A DNA stretch of 64,000 nucleotides from Iphione sp. A-MEVVRFRX5 (GCA_976226885.1 OZ320313.1:156178001-156242000), one strand, 5' to 3'. Positions 1 to 13,821 are shown, counted from the first letter of the stretch. The notes: generated from the letters alone by a model not told the origin. Translations and numbers: made by a program.

Positions 1-440
1 GTGGGTCCAGAAATTGACACCTGTGGGCCACTATAGCAGAGTGATCTGAGTGCGGACTCCACACCCAGGCATCACATGTACTGACTTCGACCTTCCAGGT
101 AGCTTGACATTAACTTTCTGGTCTTGGTGCCTACTCCAATCTTGTGAAGTTGTCTCTCAATGTTAGAATAAGGCACCTAGTTGAAGGCTTTCCGTAGGTC
201 AAAAAAAATCATGCACGGGTAGTATCCCCAGTTGTGCTTGCACATAATCTATCCAAGGAGATTGACTATGGCTGTTTCAGTTTCTGTTTCAACACCATGT
301 TGGCTGTCACTGAGGACACACTCCTTTTCAAGCCAGTCAACCAATTCCCCACATATTTTTAAATTTTTTCTGACTTCCAACTCATTTCGCCAGAACAGGT
401 CACAAATACCACCGAAGCACATGATAATTCAAACACAGTA
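1..440 (-). mobile_element. Decayed non-LTR retrotransposon (CR1/L2-like) ORF2 reverse-transcriptase fragment
   Basis: The - strand reads ...PVLAK...DSQHGVETETETAIVNLLG*...MIFFDLRKAFN*VPY...KIGV...SYLEGRSQYM*...GPQVSISGP, a stop-interrupted version of QHGF/STETA, FxDLxKAFDxVxH, SYLxxRxQxV and GVPQGSILGP. Confidence 0.8.
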
Positions 441-619
441 TTCAGTCGTTCTCGGTGATGCAGTCAGTTCACAAAGTTTCACTAATATGTATCGGTCTGT
501 TCAATATAGTACGTAATCCTTGACACTAACACAATGGCACACAAGTGGATTATTGTATTAACGCTAGTTTGTTTTACTGAACGAAATCTGTGCTATGGGA
601 ACTTGGCCAAAGCCAATAT

Positions 620-1240
620 CATTGATTGGGTGCCATCACATCACTAACTGATTACGTCAGGCATAAAATACTAGTGATCACTCCTACATCATGTAACCTC
701 TTTATACGATACCTTTATACCTGCTCCATGAGGTCCGTCATGATTTTCTTGCGACTATCCCTACTCCTCACTGCTAGGGAGTTCCAGTATTTGCAGCATT
801 GGTATCAGAAGGAACGATGGAAGACATCGTTTCAGGGGCGAGAAAGGTTGGATCATTCGATCGGTGGCCCAATCTGGTCTTCTTTGTTTTTGGTATTTTT
901 AGCTTGCCAAGGCATCCTAGTGCAACAACAGCCCGAAGAGAATGCACCCAAACAAGCCGGAGAATCCTTGGCAGAACTCGACTTTGAGTCATCATTCTCG
1001 CCGATAGGTGATTGTGACCATGTATTGCAAGCCGGGCACAACAGTTGACAGGTTCTTGTAGCTTAACAGGCCTTGGATCTGGACACACCGAACATTAGTG
1101 CCTGATAGGTTTTTTATGGTTTTGAATAGGTTCACACGCTTATCAATGGGTAGCTTCAACTTGCTCTTGATTTTGGATGGGCATCTCGATTGGAACCAAG
1201 TTTTCCTCTTAACCTCCTTAAGCGCTGCTTGTCGTCGTGT
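620..1240 (-). mobile_element. Possible upstream continuation of the same LINE ORF2 (endonuclease-RT linker)
   Basis: 82-codon open frame 1240-995 (...KRVNLFKTIKNLSG...) resembles the linker KxLWKxIKxLxG; same strand and expected order relative to 1-440. Weak similarity. Confidence 0.35.
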
Positions 1241-2439
1241 AATATAAAATGCACAAAAATGTCCTAAAATTATATTATATTATATTATATTCTTTCATTC
1301 TTGAGGTCGTCATAAAAAATGACCGTGCCTTCACTACTTAGAGAACACATTTCTTTACACTTTTGTGTAAATCATAATTTATAAATACTACCAGGAGCAC
1401 TACAGCAAAGATCTTTTTAAAGAATAGACGCAATACTGCTAATATCTTGGCAATATCATAGGTTCTGACAACAGTCCTATATTTGCTACAGATACGAGCA
1501 AATAGCTTAAAGAAGGCCCATGCATGTTGAATTCAGTCATCAGATGAATGTCGATTACACTGAGATTTAGTTAATTGCATGGTAGAGAACGTGTATCTTC
1601 CTACTAATATACATGTATATACCTTTGGAATGTCATGTAAATGTTCGGTATAAGCGTCCATAATAAAAAGTACCTCACTCGATATATAGTGTTCATATCA
1701 GTCTGTTCGCAATATTTATGACCGTGTTAGCATGTTTGGTACAACTACAACTAGTGCCTACTAGTATGAACTAAAACAACAGGAGAATTGCACGGAACAA
1801 TTTCTTTTCTTTCAGCACCTTAACAGTTTCAGAACACCCGTTCTTACCACTACAAAGTCTTCGATCTGTTCGTGTTTCCGAGCGGTTCTACGCTGTGGCG
1901 CCACCTGATGATTCACATCCCATCCTTCTGCAGCCTCGATCGTCACGCTTGATTTGGTTGCATCTGACTCAGGCGTGTGGCGTGGGGACACCGGAGTAAC
2001 CAGGTGGAAATACCTCTAACACATATAGGAAGGATCAGAATCCCTGTAAGAAGCACAATACTTGCTCCTCTTGGTTGACAACTCCAAGCTGTATTCTTCC
2101 TTCAAGCTGCACCCTGAGATCCACACTGTGAATCGGACTGATCCCCAGTCAGGCATTGTTTGAACACAAACTCCACGCCAACGCCGGCTTGCTTAAAAGG
2201 GGAGACTGGCTAGCGAGTGAAGCGAGCCAGGTCCAACCAACGGCAGATTAATTATTGACGGGCAATAGGTAGAAGGAGAGAGAGGGATAGAGAGAGAGAG
2301 TGGTGGGTGGGGGGAGTGTGTGGGCTGGGCCAATCACATGAAGCGAAGCAGCCTAGGCCAGATGAAGTAGCTGCAGACAAGCGTGGCCATCTGCCAGTCC
2401 CACTCCTGATGGGGTGTGATGCAGTTTCATATAGGTAGA

Positions 2440-2880
2440 AACCTTCACCAGGCTCTAGGTTGGGGACTTTACGATACTGAATCCCCGCTGGACGTAAGTG
2501 CACATCACAGGAGTGAACGCACTTACAGTGTGGCGCATAAGGAAAATTGTTGATATCACAGGAATATTTACAATAGGAGCACACCCAGCGCTACGCGCAG
2601 ATCTTGGTGAGTATGGTTTAATTAATGCTGCACCTATGCAAAGTACACTTCCTGAACAGTATTTTTCTATGTCGCTTTCCGTTTGCGCGCCTGAAAAGGG
2701 GATTAATTTATACTGCCATGATTTCACCGACACTCTCTGGAATGGAGTTTTTGGGGAACTAATGGCGCTTAAATTCTCTAATAGCGCAGTAACAGAGAGC
2801 CGATTGTTTGGATGTTTCTCTTTTCCAAGTTCTCCAGAGTATCCCAAGATGCGTATACTACATCTGTGGATCCATATGTT
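2440..2880 (-). mobile_element. Possible decayed L2/CR1-type LINE 3' end
   Basis: ORF 2455-2883(-) contains SVTALLENL, IKPYSPRSARSAG and QRGFSIV, resembling the L2 C-terminal xPYxPxRxLRS...RAFS motifs. Confidence 0.35.
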
Positions 2881-3948
2881 CACTTTCCAAACTTTTATCT
2901 AGTTTGATTCCTGTAAGCCCTTCAATGGTATTCGTATCTATTGCCGTCAATCGAAATCAGGTTCATCTATACCTGTGTACACATATGAAGATGTTGCACA
3001 CATCAATGTATGCATAAATATGTACATGTATACGGTATATAGGTTTATTACTTTCTGAGATATACATATAGTTAGAGTCCAAAACAACGAAAGAACAGAA
3101 ATGTTTCATGTTTGATGTATTACAAGAAAGCTGTGTGTTCAGGGTATATTTAGATGTAGCGGGCATTACAAATTTCGAAAATGAATTGTATAAACCGGTT
3201 CATCCCTTGTTCACACGCATGGCTTACATAACCAGCGTGTAACTGTATAGTGTGACCACAGCAAGTGTCCAAGTGGACATGTGTTACAGCAAGCCCCTAG
3301 GCATAGAGATGCTCCTGTCGTGGATGGGCTGGCCAAACCGAGCCTGTCACCACCTACCTAACGCCCGCCTCCCAAACCCCAGCCCTGGCGCCAAACGAAG
3401 TACATGTAGGGAAGTGCCTCCTTTGTCGCCCTCCGTGATCCCCATCTCGCTCGGTGAACGAGAGTATCCGCATCTCGAACTCGGCATGTTCACGTGTGTA
3501 TTAATTGTGCAGAAGTTCTCGCCATGGTCCCTCAAAATTCGAACCTATAGCCTTTTCGTACTTGTCACGTACAGAAAATATGATGCACGTTTCAAGAAAA
3601 ACTGGCGAAGGATGGGCTCGGCGCACTGGCACATAAACGTACTGATGATGTAGATATAGGATAGCTAGTGGTTCATCACACTTACGAAAGAGTATTTATC
3701 AACGTACCAGTTCGCGCGACTATGCACATGTAGATGCATGGGCAATACCTCTTAGACCTAATACAATACTTTCCACCTACTCATGTTTCCTGCACTGCTC
3801 TGCTTGATCATAATCACCGATCCATTGATAGGATCATCAATGTTGATAAACAACATACATGCACATATGCATAGGACATGATTCAGTATCATGTAAAACT
3901 CGAGTAAATGAAACATATGCTTTTGACACAATTCTGTAGTCTTTTTCG

Positions 3949-4173
3949 TTGAGACCGTGTACATTTTCCCTCGGTCCAGTCACAAGTCATCGACGCGAAC
4001 AAATCGAAAAAGACTTCGCAGGTTGGGTTCTTTCCCTTGTTATTCATGCTGGGGTTTGGATATTTTTGGATGTCTTCCTGCCTTCTGCTACAAGGTGGGT
4101 TCACTCGACTCACCTGGTCACAGTTGGCCTGGTAATATTGCGGCCCCCCCGCCCGGCACCATGTGTTGCGTGA
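3949..4173 (+). mobile_element. Possible decayed DIRS/Ngaro RT-RNase H connector fragment
   Basis: KDFAGWVLSLVIHAGVWIFLD...RWVHSTHL resembles DLxWWxxFLxxWNGxSFFLD...WxxSxxL. Motif-level only. Confidence 0.3.
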
Positions 4174-4881
4174 CCCCACCCCCCACTTCGTATCGACCCA
4201 CTCACCCACACCGGTCACCCACTCATTCATCAACTCACAGCGCCTCACGGTGTTTCAGCATGGCGATCTCCAACCTTTTGTTTGACCAAGTTTACATCTT
4301 GCAATTGCTATTTGACCCAGCACTCCTAATCTTGCCGCGCTGATTATGCAGTGCCAAATGCATTCTTGCCTTAAAACGAGACGGGGATATTAAAATACCC
4401 CAACCCTTCACTATTCCATTTACTTTTAAAGGATACAAATTGAAACCAGTTAATATAGAGACTCCCTCTACTCCAACACCTCGCTAGCCTTCTCCTAGTG
4501 ATATTAGAATAACGAGGGGTTTATATGCATGTATAAACATGCATACTTATTCCTGTTACATGTATACCTATATGCTACATAGTCCAATGAATTTCCGCGT
4601 CTTAGAACCAACATAGGTAATGATAATATTTGAACTGTATTTGTTACAGTGACAAAGGTTCTCATGTAATCACTCTCTAAGTTATTTACTTTGTTGTAAA
4701 TATTAAGACATGTACTTGGATAATTATTTAAACAATCCAATTTACAGGGCAACGTATTGCGTAATGAAACCAGTTTCAAGATTCCACCGGCACTATTTTT
4801 GTAATCATAACTGTACTACAGTGATATAAGAACAAAGGAAAGTCTGACGGTAGCTAGATTCATCAAGGATTAACGAGCTGT

Positions 4882-4986
4882 CAGATTGGCCAATCTGCTT
4901 CATTTCCTGTCGCAGTTGCGACGGTGTTATTAGTTGCCATAGCAACGCTTTCAACAGATCCAACACGCCAGTGGACACGGGCCAAT
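4882..4986. promoter_or_regulatory. RFX X-box with flanking CCAAT/NF-Y boxes; candidate ADGRV1 (ciliary-type) promoter
   Basis: GTTGCCATAGCAAC at 4933-4946 (one base from GTTGCCATGGCAAC), palindromic CAGATTGGCCAATCTG at 4882-4897, and a further CCAAT at 4982-4986. Confidence 0.65.
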
Positions 4987-7837
4987 GCCGCAGTCTTACC
5001 AGGTCGACAAGCATGGTATCGAAATCGGACCACAAGAACTCATAGATTACCTTAACGGCTGCCAGAGGTGAAAGATGACAAATGAACATCAACGTGGGTC
5101 AAAATAGTAGATTCTGTGTTCTTTGACAGACGTCCCTTTGTATTGCACCCGCTGTTGAATGTTATTAAGTCTCTAAGAATGTGCATTATTAAGTAACCTC
5201 CGACACGGATCCCCGGCCTCGGTCAGGTCCCTGGCGGGGTTGAGAGATGGTAAATTGGGGGATTTCCCGGCGTGTATAGATCCACGTACTTATATACTAA
5301 TGCATAAAGAGGTGCGCGATAGAAGAGGATAAGAAACTCATGTATCATCGTTATTAGTTGTGTTCATGTACATGTACAGTTGGATTTATGTATGTATATA
5401 TATCTAGATATTCTGTTGTACCAATGTGATTTAAGTCGGTATGCAATGACTATGGAGAGACAGAAAGATAGAGAAGCAGACAGATCGAGAGAACAAACAT
5501 CTTATTTTAACTTGGTGTTGCAGTTCCGTATGCCGACATCCATCCGAGTTAACCAATCATCAAGAAATATATATGCCTGAACCTGAACAACAAAGATCCA
5601 TGCAATCCAATATGCAATAAGGATGTGTTGATTGGCGTTATTAAAGAAAAAAACAGCCGGTTTTGAATTAAAGGATTTTGAGGTGGTCACCATGAACGTT
5701 TAGCTTCCACGAGGGTTAAAGTGTGTGGCCTATTCATATCGTTCCATTGCACATTGCAGATATATTCCTCTTTATTTGCGATACCAGAATTAACTTGAGC
5801 AAAATGGAACACCGAGGAGATGCTATGTGGTAGACTTATATATTTACTCAAAATATGTGAGATTCGGTTATTTACATTTCTCTATTGCTTCTACTCGACC
5901 TAGGACAGAAAATAGTTCCGCGTATGAGGAGGTGACCATGCAGCTGAGAAATGGCTCCTACAAGAGCCTTGGAACTATTCATACTTGTGGGATATGTGCT
6001 CAAGCTCCAGTACATTGCCTTTATGTATTTCTTTGTTATCATGTATAACGTATTATTAGCTTTTCTTCTAACATTTGCATGATACATCTCATGAACGAAG
6101 TGTTTGTTGAATCTGAAATACACGTACATGTTTCAGAAGTAGACATCTCATTTTTAAGTACAATTTATGGATATTTTGATCAATCAAATGTATGACGTGT
6201 ATATGCAAATTCATATGCACATATACAGTTGCCATTCTGTCAGTGACCATCAAAATGAAAACCGGTCAGCAATGCGTACCATAAAAGGCCATAGAAACTG
6301 CAGCCCGGAAGTCGATACTGATTTTAGCGGCACCAGTTACTCCACTTCCCCCCCCCCCAAAAAAAAGGAAACGAAAAGAAAATAATCACAGTAATTATGG
6401 GACCATGCAGGATACATGTGACAGACATTACAAAGGAGATCCCCATAGAGAATCTACCTATAGTCACACCAATATGCATTATAAAGAAAATATCCGCTTC
6501 ATCTCTACTGTAACCTGCAAACACCACAATGCGACAGGTGACCACATCCAGCGTCTACTTGCAGTTGGAGATACTTTCATGGTTATACGACTATATACAT
6601 GTACATGTACTCATATTGCCTTAGCCATTGTGTTCCCCTATGATTCCACCAGTTGATATACCAGCGGTATTATCCTGGATTACTAAAAACTACAGGACGA
6701 AATTGTGTTATACCATTAAAATAACTACTACAGAATCCTGATGTCCCATAGACCTAGCCATACCAAAGATGATTTTTAATTTCAAATTTAACCCTTATTT
6801 TCCCTCAAACAAGGCCATCCCGGAGAATACATTTTGGTACATCTATTGGTGGAATATCTATTGTAATGCACATGTATGTGTAACACCTAGTTTTTCAGTA
6901 GTGGTCACCTCCAGACAGTGCTCATCACAGAACCACGGGCGACGCTGGAGGAGTGGTCCCCCTGTATATTACAGGAAAACATAGTCAATCCAGTTTGGGA
7001 GTGTTGGCAACAATTGCAAATGACCCCAGTCATAAAAGAAAGTAACATTTCAATTTCTAGTTCACCAGGCTAAAGCTTTTCCTTTTGTCTAGCTGTAACT
7101 CAGCCGGTAACCATCAAAGGTAGCACTCTCAGACAGAATTACTCCAACAGGGCCGAAAACCTGGACAGGGACCATGGTTAACATATGTAGACTCAGACTC
7201 TTACACATTAATGGTTAAATAGAAGTGTTGTACTGAGCTTCGAGATTGCAATTTTCATATTTCAAGACACTAGTTATATATGCATAATACATTGATACTG
7301 TTTATATTCAGCACTGTTACTGAAATATGCATATCTATCTAGATTGTAAGGTTTTCAATGTTTAAAAGTTTATTGACTTCCAATCTTTATACATTAGGTT
7401 TTTCATGGCAGTCAGGTGAGAGGAACGCAAATATAGTGTCAAACATACACGTCCAGAGTTAACATCATTTGTATTACAAGTGCCACAGCTTGATGTGCTG
7501 ATAATTGTGCAGTGCAAAAGGCAAAACGAGTTGGGTCAGGAGGACGACCTGTACTCCAATAGCGCATGATGTAATATTGGCAGGCAACTCCTGAGGAAGG
7601 TCACTAGGTTTCTAAATAGCAAACAGAACTGAGTCAGAGATGTATTAAGGCATGAATAGGTATATTTAACAGTAACATAAGAATGATATGTTTGCATTGT
7701 TGTAGTAGAACATCACATGTGTTGTATATCACATTCGACTGAACATGTTCCATAACACTGCACCTTCCTGTTTAGTGTCGGGTGCGACAGAAAGAGACAC
7801 AAGAGATAGAAGTTTTATCAAAGGAGATAATAGTGGC

Positions 7838-7886
<49 letters not shown>

Positions 7887-7975
7887 CAGACAGAAAGAGA
7901 GGCAGAGGGACAGAGAGACAGAGGGACAGAGAGACAGAGGGACAGAGAGACAGAGAGACAGAAATAAGAGACTGT
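7838..7975 (+). repeat. (GA)n plus 16-bp CAGAGGGACAGAGAGA tandem, compound microsatellite
   Basis: Directly visible. Confidence 0.95.
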
Positions 7976-8213
7976 GAAGGAAAGATACAAGAGGCAGTCA
8001 AAAGCTTCAACATTGCAGTTCAGAGACTAAGAGGGAGCGAGAGAGAGAATGGGGACAGGGGAGAGAGATTCAATGGAGTCAAGATACACGGTATGGTCAG
8101 CCGCTTTAACTATGACGATTAGAAAAGGAGGCAGAGGCAAAAGAGAAATGAAGAGGAGAGACATTAGGGTCCAGACATAAGGGGTAATCGGAGGCCTTAT
8201 CAACGAAATTTAA

Positions 8214-8214
8214 G

Positions 8215-8263
<49 letters not shown>

Positions 8264-8391
8264 AGAGAGGAACAGAGAAAGATAATGGAAACAAGACACA
8301 ACCGACAGTTAGAAACTTAACAATGGAGATTAGACAGGGAGGAAGAGAGAGAGACAGAGAGAGGGAGAGAGAGAGAGAGAGAGAGAGAGAA
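8214..8391 (+). repeat. Two further (GA)n tracts (about 8214-8268 and 8341-8391)
   Basis: Directly visible. Confidence 0.95.
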
Positions 8392-9220
8392 TAAAGACAA
8401 GACACAAGACGCTTTACTCCATTATTGAAAGGTTTTCAGGTAACATTTTATTATCATTTCGTTCGGGCATCCACTTTCCCGAGAGATGCCTGCATTAGTA
8501 AAATGAACTTAGCCTGACAGGTTTCTATACGTATTGATCACGAGGTACCATACACAATATCGCAACACTTTTTTTTCTAGAAATTCCTGCATGCAGGAAA
8601 TTACATCAATTACAACAAATCAATGTCATATGATGTATTACAGACGCGCTAGAAAAGGTTTGGGTTAATGTAATCCGAAACAGGAGAAATGTAACATTTA
8701 TATTTGGCTGAAGGTATAATTTATACACGTCGCAACGAGTCCATTATAGGCAGCAATGTACAGTCCTCGTACTTTATCTAATACTAATATTTTTTATTCA
8801 AAACATTGCAACCTGCGTGTCTTTTGTCGCAACAAACAACCTGATTCATCTTCACTGCATGCGGAATCATAAACACCACAGTAGCTCAGGATACGTGTTT
8901 CGATGTTGAGGAAGCTTCGTCGATCTCCGTTACGTTCTCCAAAACGGCTAGGACATTTGCATGTCACTTTGACTATAATAATTATTGTTATCAAGTAGCG
9001 AAAACATTTTCAAAGTGCGTAGGATGTGAAATGCTTGCCCTGATTCGGGTATTTCTCTTTGACTTGAACAAAGGGAAAATCCAATGTAGCCTCTTTCGAT
9101 TAATGTTGTACATCTCGGATTTAAGCCTTTACAGGGCCCTTCACGAAAAGGTAACGGTAATGTTTTAACCGCAATATCATGAATAACATACATGTATTCC
9201 CACTTTCTTCCTACAGAGAT

Positions 9221-9403
9221 ATGGGCGCCACTTGGGCGCCGCCGCTGAGCTTACTGCTCTGGATGGCGCTGCCCTGCTTGTTACGGGGTCAAGGAGTCGT
9301 TACGCTGGTAGACACCTCTCATGTGGTCAGGGAGGGACAGATGTTCATGGTACATGTGCGGAAGGCAGGAACAGCAGCCAGCGCAATCAACGTCGTCGTC
9401 GAG
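9221..9403 (+). CDS. ADGRV1: ADGRV1 coding exon 1: signal peptide and start of first Calx-beta (MGATWAPPLSLLLWMALPCLLRGQGVV...NVVVE)
   Basis: Acceptor ctacag at 9211-9216, ATG at 9221, hydrophobic leader, donor GAG|GTAGGT at 9404; 183 nt, phase 0. Confidence 0.85.
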
Positions 9404-10059
9404 GTAGGTTCTTTACGCCAGATTTCCCCTTATCCCCATGTAAGGGCTAATTTTTTCCATGTAACAGCCGTGATATATTTTGTAAAGGACGGAGTGTTAT
9501 ATGGGTAGAATGCATTGGAAAGTATATTACCTACAACTTTTAGAACAGTAATATTGTCCTAGTGCATGTACGTGTATACCTATACATGTATGTTCAAACC
9601 GGACATGTCAGGACAAATTTGTATGTTGTATAAAGATATTAGGACTATTATTCAAATCTTATATTAGTATAATATATTAGTATTCGAACTTATCATGGGT
9701 TTGTTGTTGTACAGCCCCAGACGAACTTATGGCAGTTCTAATATGCCTGTTAATAATTAGATGTGTATGTGTGCATCCCAAAACGCAGCTGAGCTGAGGA
9801 TGATTTGTACATGTATGCAATGGGGGTATCAACTTGGATAATGCATGCAGTCAAGAAAGTTAAAAGATTGCACATAATCTGATTCGCATGAGGCCAGGTT
9901 GATTCATGTTTTGTTGACCACTCTTGCAATAAAAATCATGGTGAGAGCATTTCACATGTATGGGGTGCTTTTTGGGCATGAGGACATGGAATAATCATGA
10001 AAATAAGCCAAAAACCAGACAAATTGTCCTGAAACAAAGTTTACAACAGTTAAATTTAG

Positions 10060-10190
10060 CCAAAAATGGTAGAGCATTTTGCAATTTGGCCGGAAATGGT
10101 AAAATTCGGGCCAATTCAGCCAAAATATGGCCAAATTCAAGTGAAGATGGCCAAAACAACGAGGAAATTCTGGCAAAAAGGCTGAAAAAA
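10060..10190 (+). repeat. Degenerate GGCCAAAA/GGCCAAATTC tandem repeat
   Basis: Repeated ggccaaa(a/t) units; the reverse complement shares GAATTTGGC and TGAATTGGCCxGAATTTT with 43091-43199. Confidence 0.6.
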
Positions 10191-12523
10191 ATGGCACTAT
10201 ATGTGCAGTAATGTACAGTTATAACCTTACATGCTTAATTTGACTCAACTCTCTCTATACCACTGTGGAAAACATGAGCCCTGTGTTTCTATGGAAAATG
10301 GGAAATGTTCTATTTTTAAAACACGACGGTAGATACATTACATGTGTGGTGGCGCATGCATATATGGAGACACTATATATTGTGTATTCCCCGCCTACAT
10401 AAGCCTACTACATGCTTACATGCATAACATGAATTGGGTGCACATGGACACCCAGTCTAAAGGCGCGTGTAGGTGAAGGAGGAGGTTGGTTATAGAACCA
10501 GTTCTATATAGAAAGATTTGGTAATGGTGCGCGTCCAAGATGCCTCTATTACGTGGTTTTAAACGAAATTATACTTGGCCGCTTGGCGATGTATTTTGTA
10601 TATGATTAGTCTACGATGTATTTCTTGCTGCTTTCTGTTTATCGGTAATTATAGAGAGCCTACGAGCTCCAGTACCACAAATTGCGTACATCCCGAAAAG
10701 CAGAAGCATATATTTTTATTTTATTCTTATCAAATACGTGGCCGTGCCAGGTTACGATGAAAGAAGTTGTCGGCCATTTACGTAGACCCATGTATTCACT
10801 AGGATGTGGGAGTCGGGTGGAGGCGGGGGATGGGGGATACTGCGGCATACTCTTAGTATCCAATTGGACTATGATTAAAAGCACGGGACTGGAGTATACC
10901 CCTACTTTATATTATATTACTCACCTCCCCGTGGTGACCGGCCTTTGGCCCAACGTGGCTGAACGGCAGAATCTGCTCTCTTTGGCGCATGGGTCTCTGG
11001 AGCATTGGTTGCCTGGTGACTGGAGAAAACAAGGCCAGCTTGCCCGCTCCCTGGGGCACTAGCCAGGTATACGGGCCCAGCCTTGTTGCCGCAGGTCGCT
11101 GTTAATGCTGCGGAGGGGGAGTTAGGTCAGCATAGAATATTGTATCTGTAAGACCTTACATTCATACACATCAATATACATCCCTTTGTGACTCCGCTGG
11201 CTGAGCCTTTCGATACTTTAAAGTATGAAGCCAAAATCGCATTTGAATAACACTCCACTTCTCTCCATAAAGAGCCCCCTCCCGAAAGGTGAGGCTTTAA
11301 TTGCCTCTCATCTGTTGAATTAATTATAATGCGGCAAATTAGGAAAATATCGTTGCTATACCTGAATTCTGCACTTCGCTGATTTCATATAGTTATAGCT
11401 ATGATGTAAAAAAAATCCTGAACGGTGTCGAGACAAAGGATGGGTAACGGTTGGACGAAACGAGGGATAACGATTCAGTAAATTCTTCAAGTGGTGTCAG
11501 GTTCTGTCAGGATGCAGCATGATGATTCACACTAGTTGGTAACTCTCCGACGGCGTCATACAGTACGCAGATGGCAATTTGTACAGGATTGAAGTTTCTC
11601 TGCTTTGTTCTCATTGAAATATTGATTTTTCACTTCACTGAGTCACGTTAGTCGGTGAATGAGAACGAGTGGTAATTGTTGGTGTATTCAACGATCAACA
11701 TACTACAATAATATGGATATTCACATAGGAAGACACATGTGAAAGTACAAAAAAGGATTATTAGTATAACCATGGTTCAAACCAACCCTATAAACCTTTC
11801 TTGGACAAAAACCAAAACCAAAACGCCTTCATAATCTCTTTATTATTCCTAAAGAGGTAGTTTTAGCACCAGTACATAATGTCAAGCCTTGAATTAACTC
11901 AATAACTGAATGATTTTATGTGAAACAGATATCATCAAGATATCAGGTATTCACTGTTTTCAAAATAATACCAATTAGAAGGTATTAACTTTTGTACATG
12001 TATAATTATTAATTATAGGGAAAGCCAGGCACAGCGGGCTTGACTGTGCCACAGGGATAGTGCTTCTCAGCCCTTGCTTGGATCCCGGTGTCTTAGGTTA
12101 CATCCAATTTAGCCTGATCCGTGCAGAACGTTATACAATCACTGACAGAGCTAAAAGAATAGCGCGGGTGTGTCCGACCGTAACTAGACCCCTCCATAAC
12201 TATTCGGTGTACTCAAGCTAGTAATAAACAACAACAAAACAATAACACCAGCAGGAGCTGCGTAAATGATCAGAAGTGGTAGGACGTTTTCGGTATACAA
12301 CTTCGGATACGTTCACGGTTACAACTTACATGCATAATATGCACCCAGGCGTCATTATAACGAGCTCCGTCATAACGCCATATTCATTATAACAACACAC
12401 TCTCACAAGCTATAGTAGCAGTATTCCATAATGCTTAAGTATAGTGACATTCGATATAATGCCAATTTGTCTGTGATATTTACTGTAATTAAACTAGCCA
12501 CGTATATGGATTCCCGATATGGA

Positions 12524-12660
12524 NNNNNNNNNNNNNNNNNNNNNNNNNNNNNNNNNNNNNNNNNNNNNNNNNNNNNNNNNNNNNNNNNNNNNNNNNNNNN
12601 NNNNNNNNNNNNNNNNNNNNNNNNNNNNNNNNNNNNNNNNNNNNNNNNNNNNNNNNNNNN
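12524..12660. other. Assembly gap (137 N) in ADGRV1 intron
   Basis: Run of N. Confidence 1.
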
Positions 12661-13382
12661 AGCATAGGCTGTACCACAGTAACATTGCTCATGTTAAGTG
12701 ACCGGCCATGGAAAAAGGGGTATTCTGTGCACTTGGGTCAAAATGTCAAATAACCATTTTGGAAGCCTCAAAAATGAAGAAAATTGAAGTCTGGATGTAA
12801 AAAAAAAATCAATTGCTTATTTTCGTGATAGATTTGCAGCAAGGATTATTTTTGGTAAATTTGATTCCCAGTGAGGTAACAACTCTGTCATGTGATGAGA
12901 TATGTAAATGAACTACGACATGTATACAATGTATATGAATACATATTTTAGCATACCATAGCAATAACATTTACTGATCATTCTAATGCCTATGTCATAT
13001 AGAAGTATGAAAAAATGTTCTATTAAGAACTGAATTTCCATTAAATATATTTTTCTAGAACTATCTATTTTAAATTCAACATTAATTTAGATATTTCATA
13101 ATATGCAGATGTTTTACACGACAGCGTGTCAAAGAATACATTGAGCTTTAAAATCTATCTTTTTGAAAAAGCGGTTATGTCAACTTTGTTCTGAGGACCT
13201 CAAGATTTGGGAAGAATATAAATTTATACAATCTTTGTACCAAACGATGCCCCAAACTGTTCTTTAGTTCCCATACTTTTGCACTGGTGCACCATTCATC
13301 CCTGGCTAGTCATTAAACATTCTTCCAGCTACATCTTTTGGATATGCAACTCCTAAAAGCTTTTCTTTTTCTACACGCCTAG

Positions 13383-13637
13383 ATCGTGAACCCGTCGCAG
13401 CATGGCGGTCAGGATTTCGTCGGTTTCTCCAGGCCGACCGTCGTGCCGGCGGGTATGGACCAGGTTGAGCAAGCCGTCGACTTCACCGTGAGAGACGACG
13501 ATATCGCCGAGCCGGACGAGACGTTCCAGCTGCGCCTGAAGGTGACCAACGGCGACGGCGTTCTGGGCACGCCAAGCGTCGGCACCGTCACCATCGCCGC
13601 CAACGACGATGCCTTCGGTGTCTTCTCCTTCCTTGAG
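13383..13637 (+). CDS. ADGRV1: ADGRV1 coding exon 2 (IVNPSQHGGQDF...DDDIAEPDETFQLRL...NDDAFGVFSFLE)
   Basis: cctag| acceptor, GAG|GTGGGG donor, 255 nt, Calx-beta motifs. Confidence 0.92.
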
Positions 13638-13821
13638 GTGGGGAGAAAATATCGCATAATAGTAGTTAATTACATTGTACTCCTCAAATCCCATATCCAG
13701 CATGAATGGGCTTCTACCTTATACAGTTTACCGATTCGTATTTACTTAAGGCATTGCAGACGTGTGTTTATCAATACATGTACCACTGCTTTCATAAAAC
13801 TGAAAATATCAACTACCGCAG

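Noticed and set aside
4805-5092. 95-aa - strand ORF that looks helical
   Set aside because: It overlaps the X-box/CCAAT cluster, which explains the sequence better, and I recognise no domain in it.
7729-8405. ORFs of 61-125 aa (ERER.../SLSL...)
   Set aside because: They are translations of GA microsatellites.
12431-12701. ORFs across the N gap, and a possible ADGRV1 exon hidden in the gap
   Set aside because: The ORFs are artefacts of the Ns. Exons 1 and 2 join in phase and align colinearly with recalled human sequence, so no exon is needed there.
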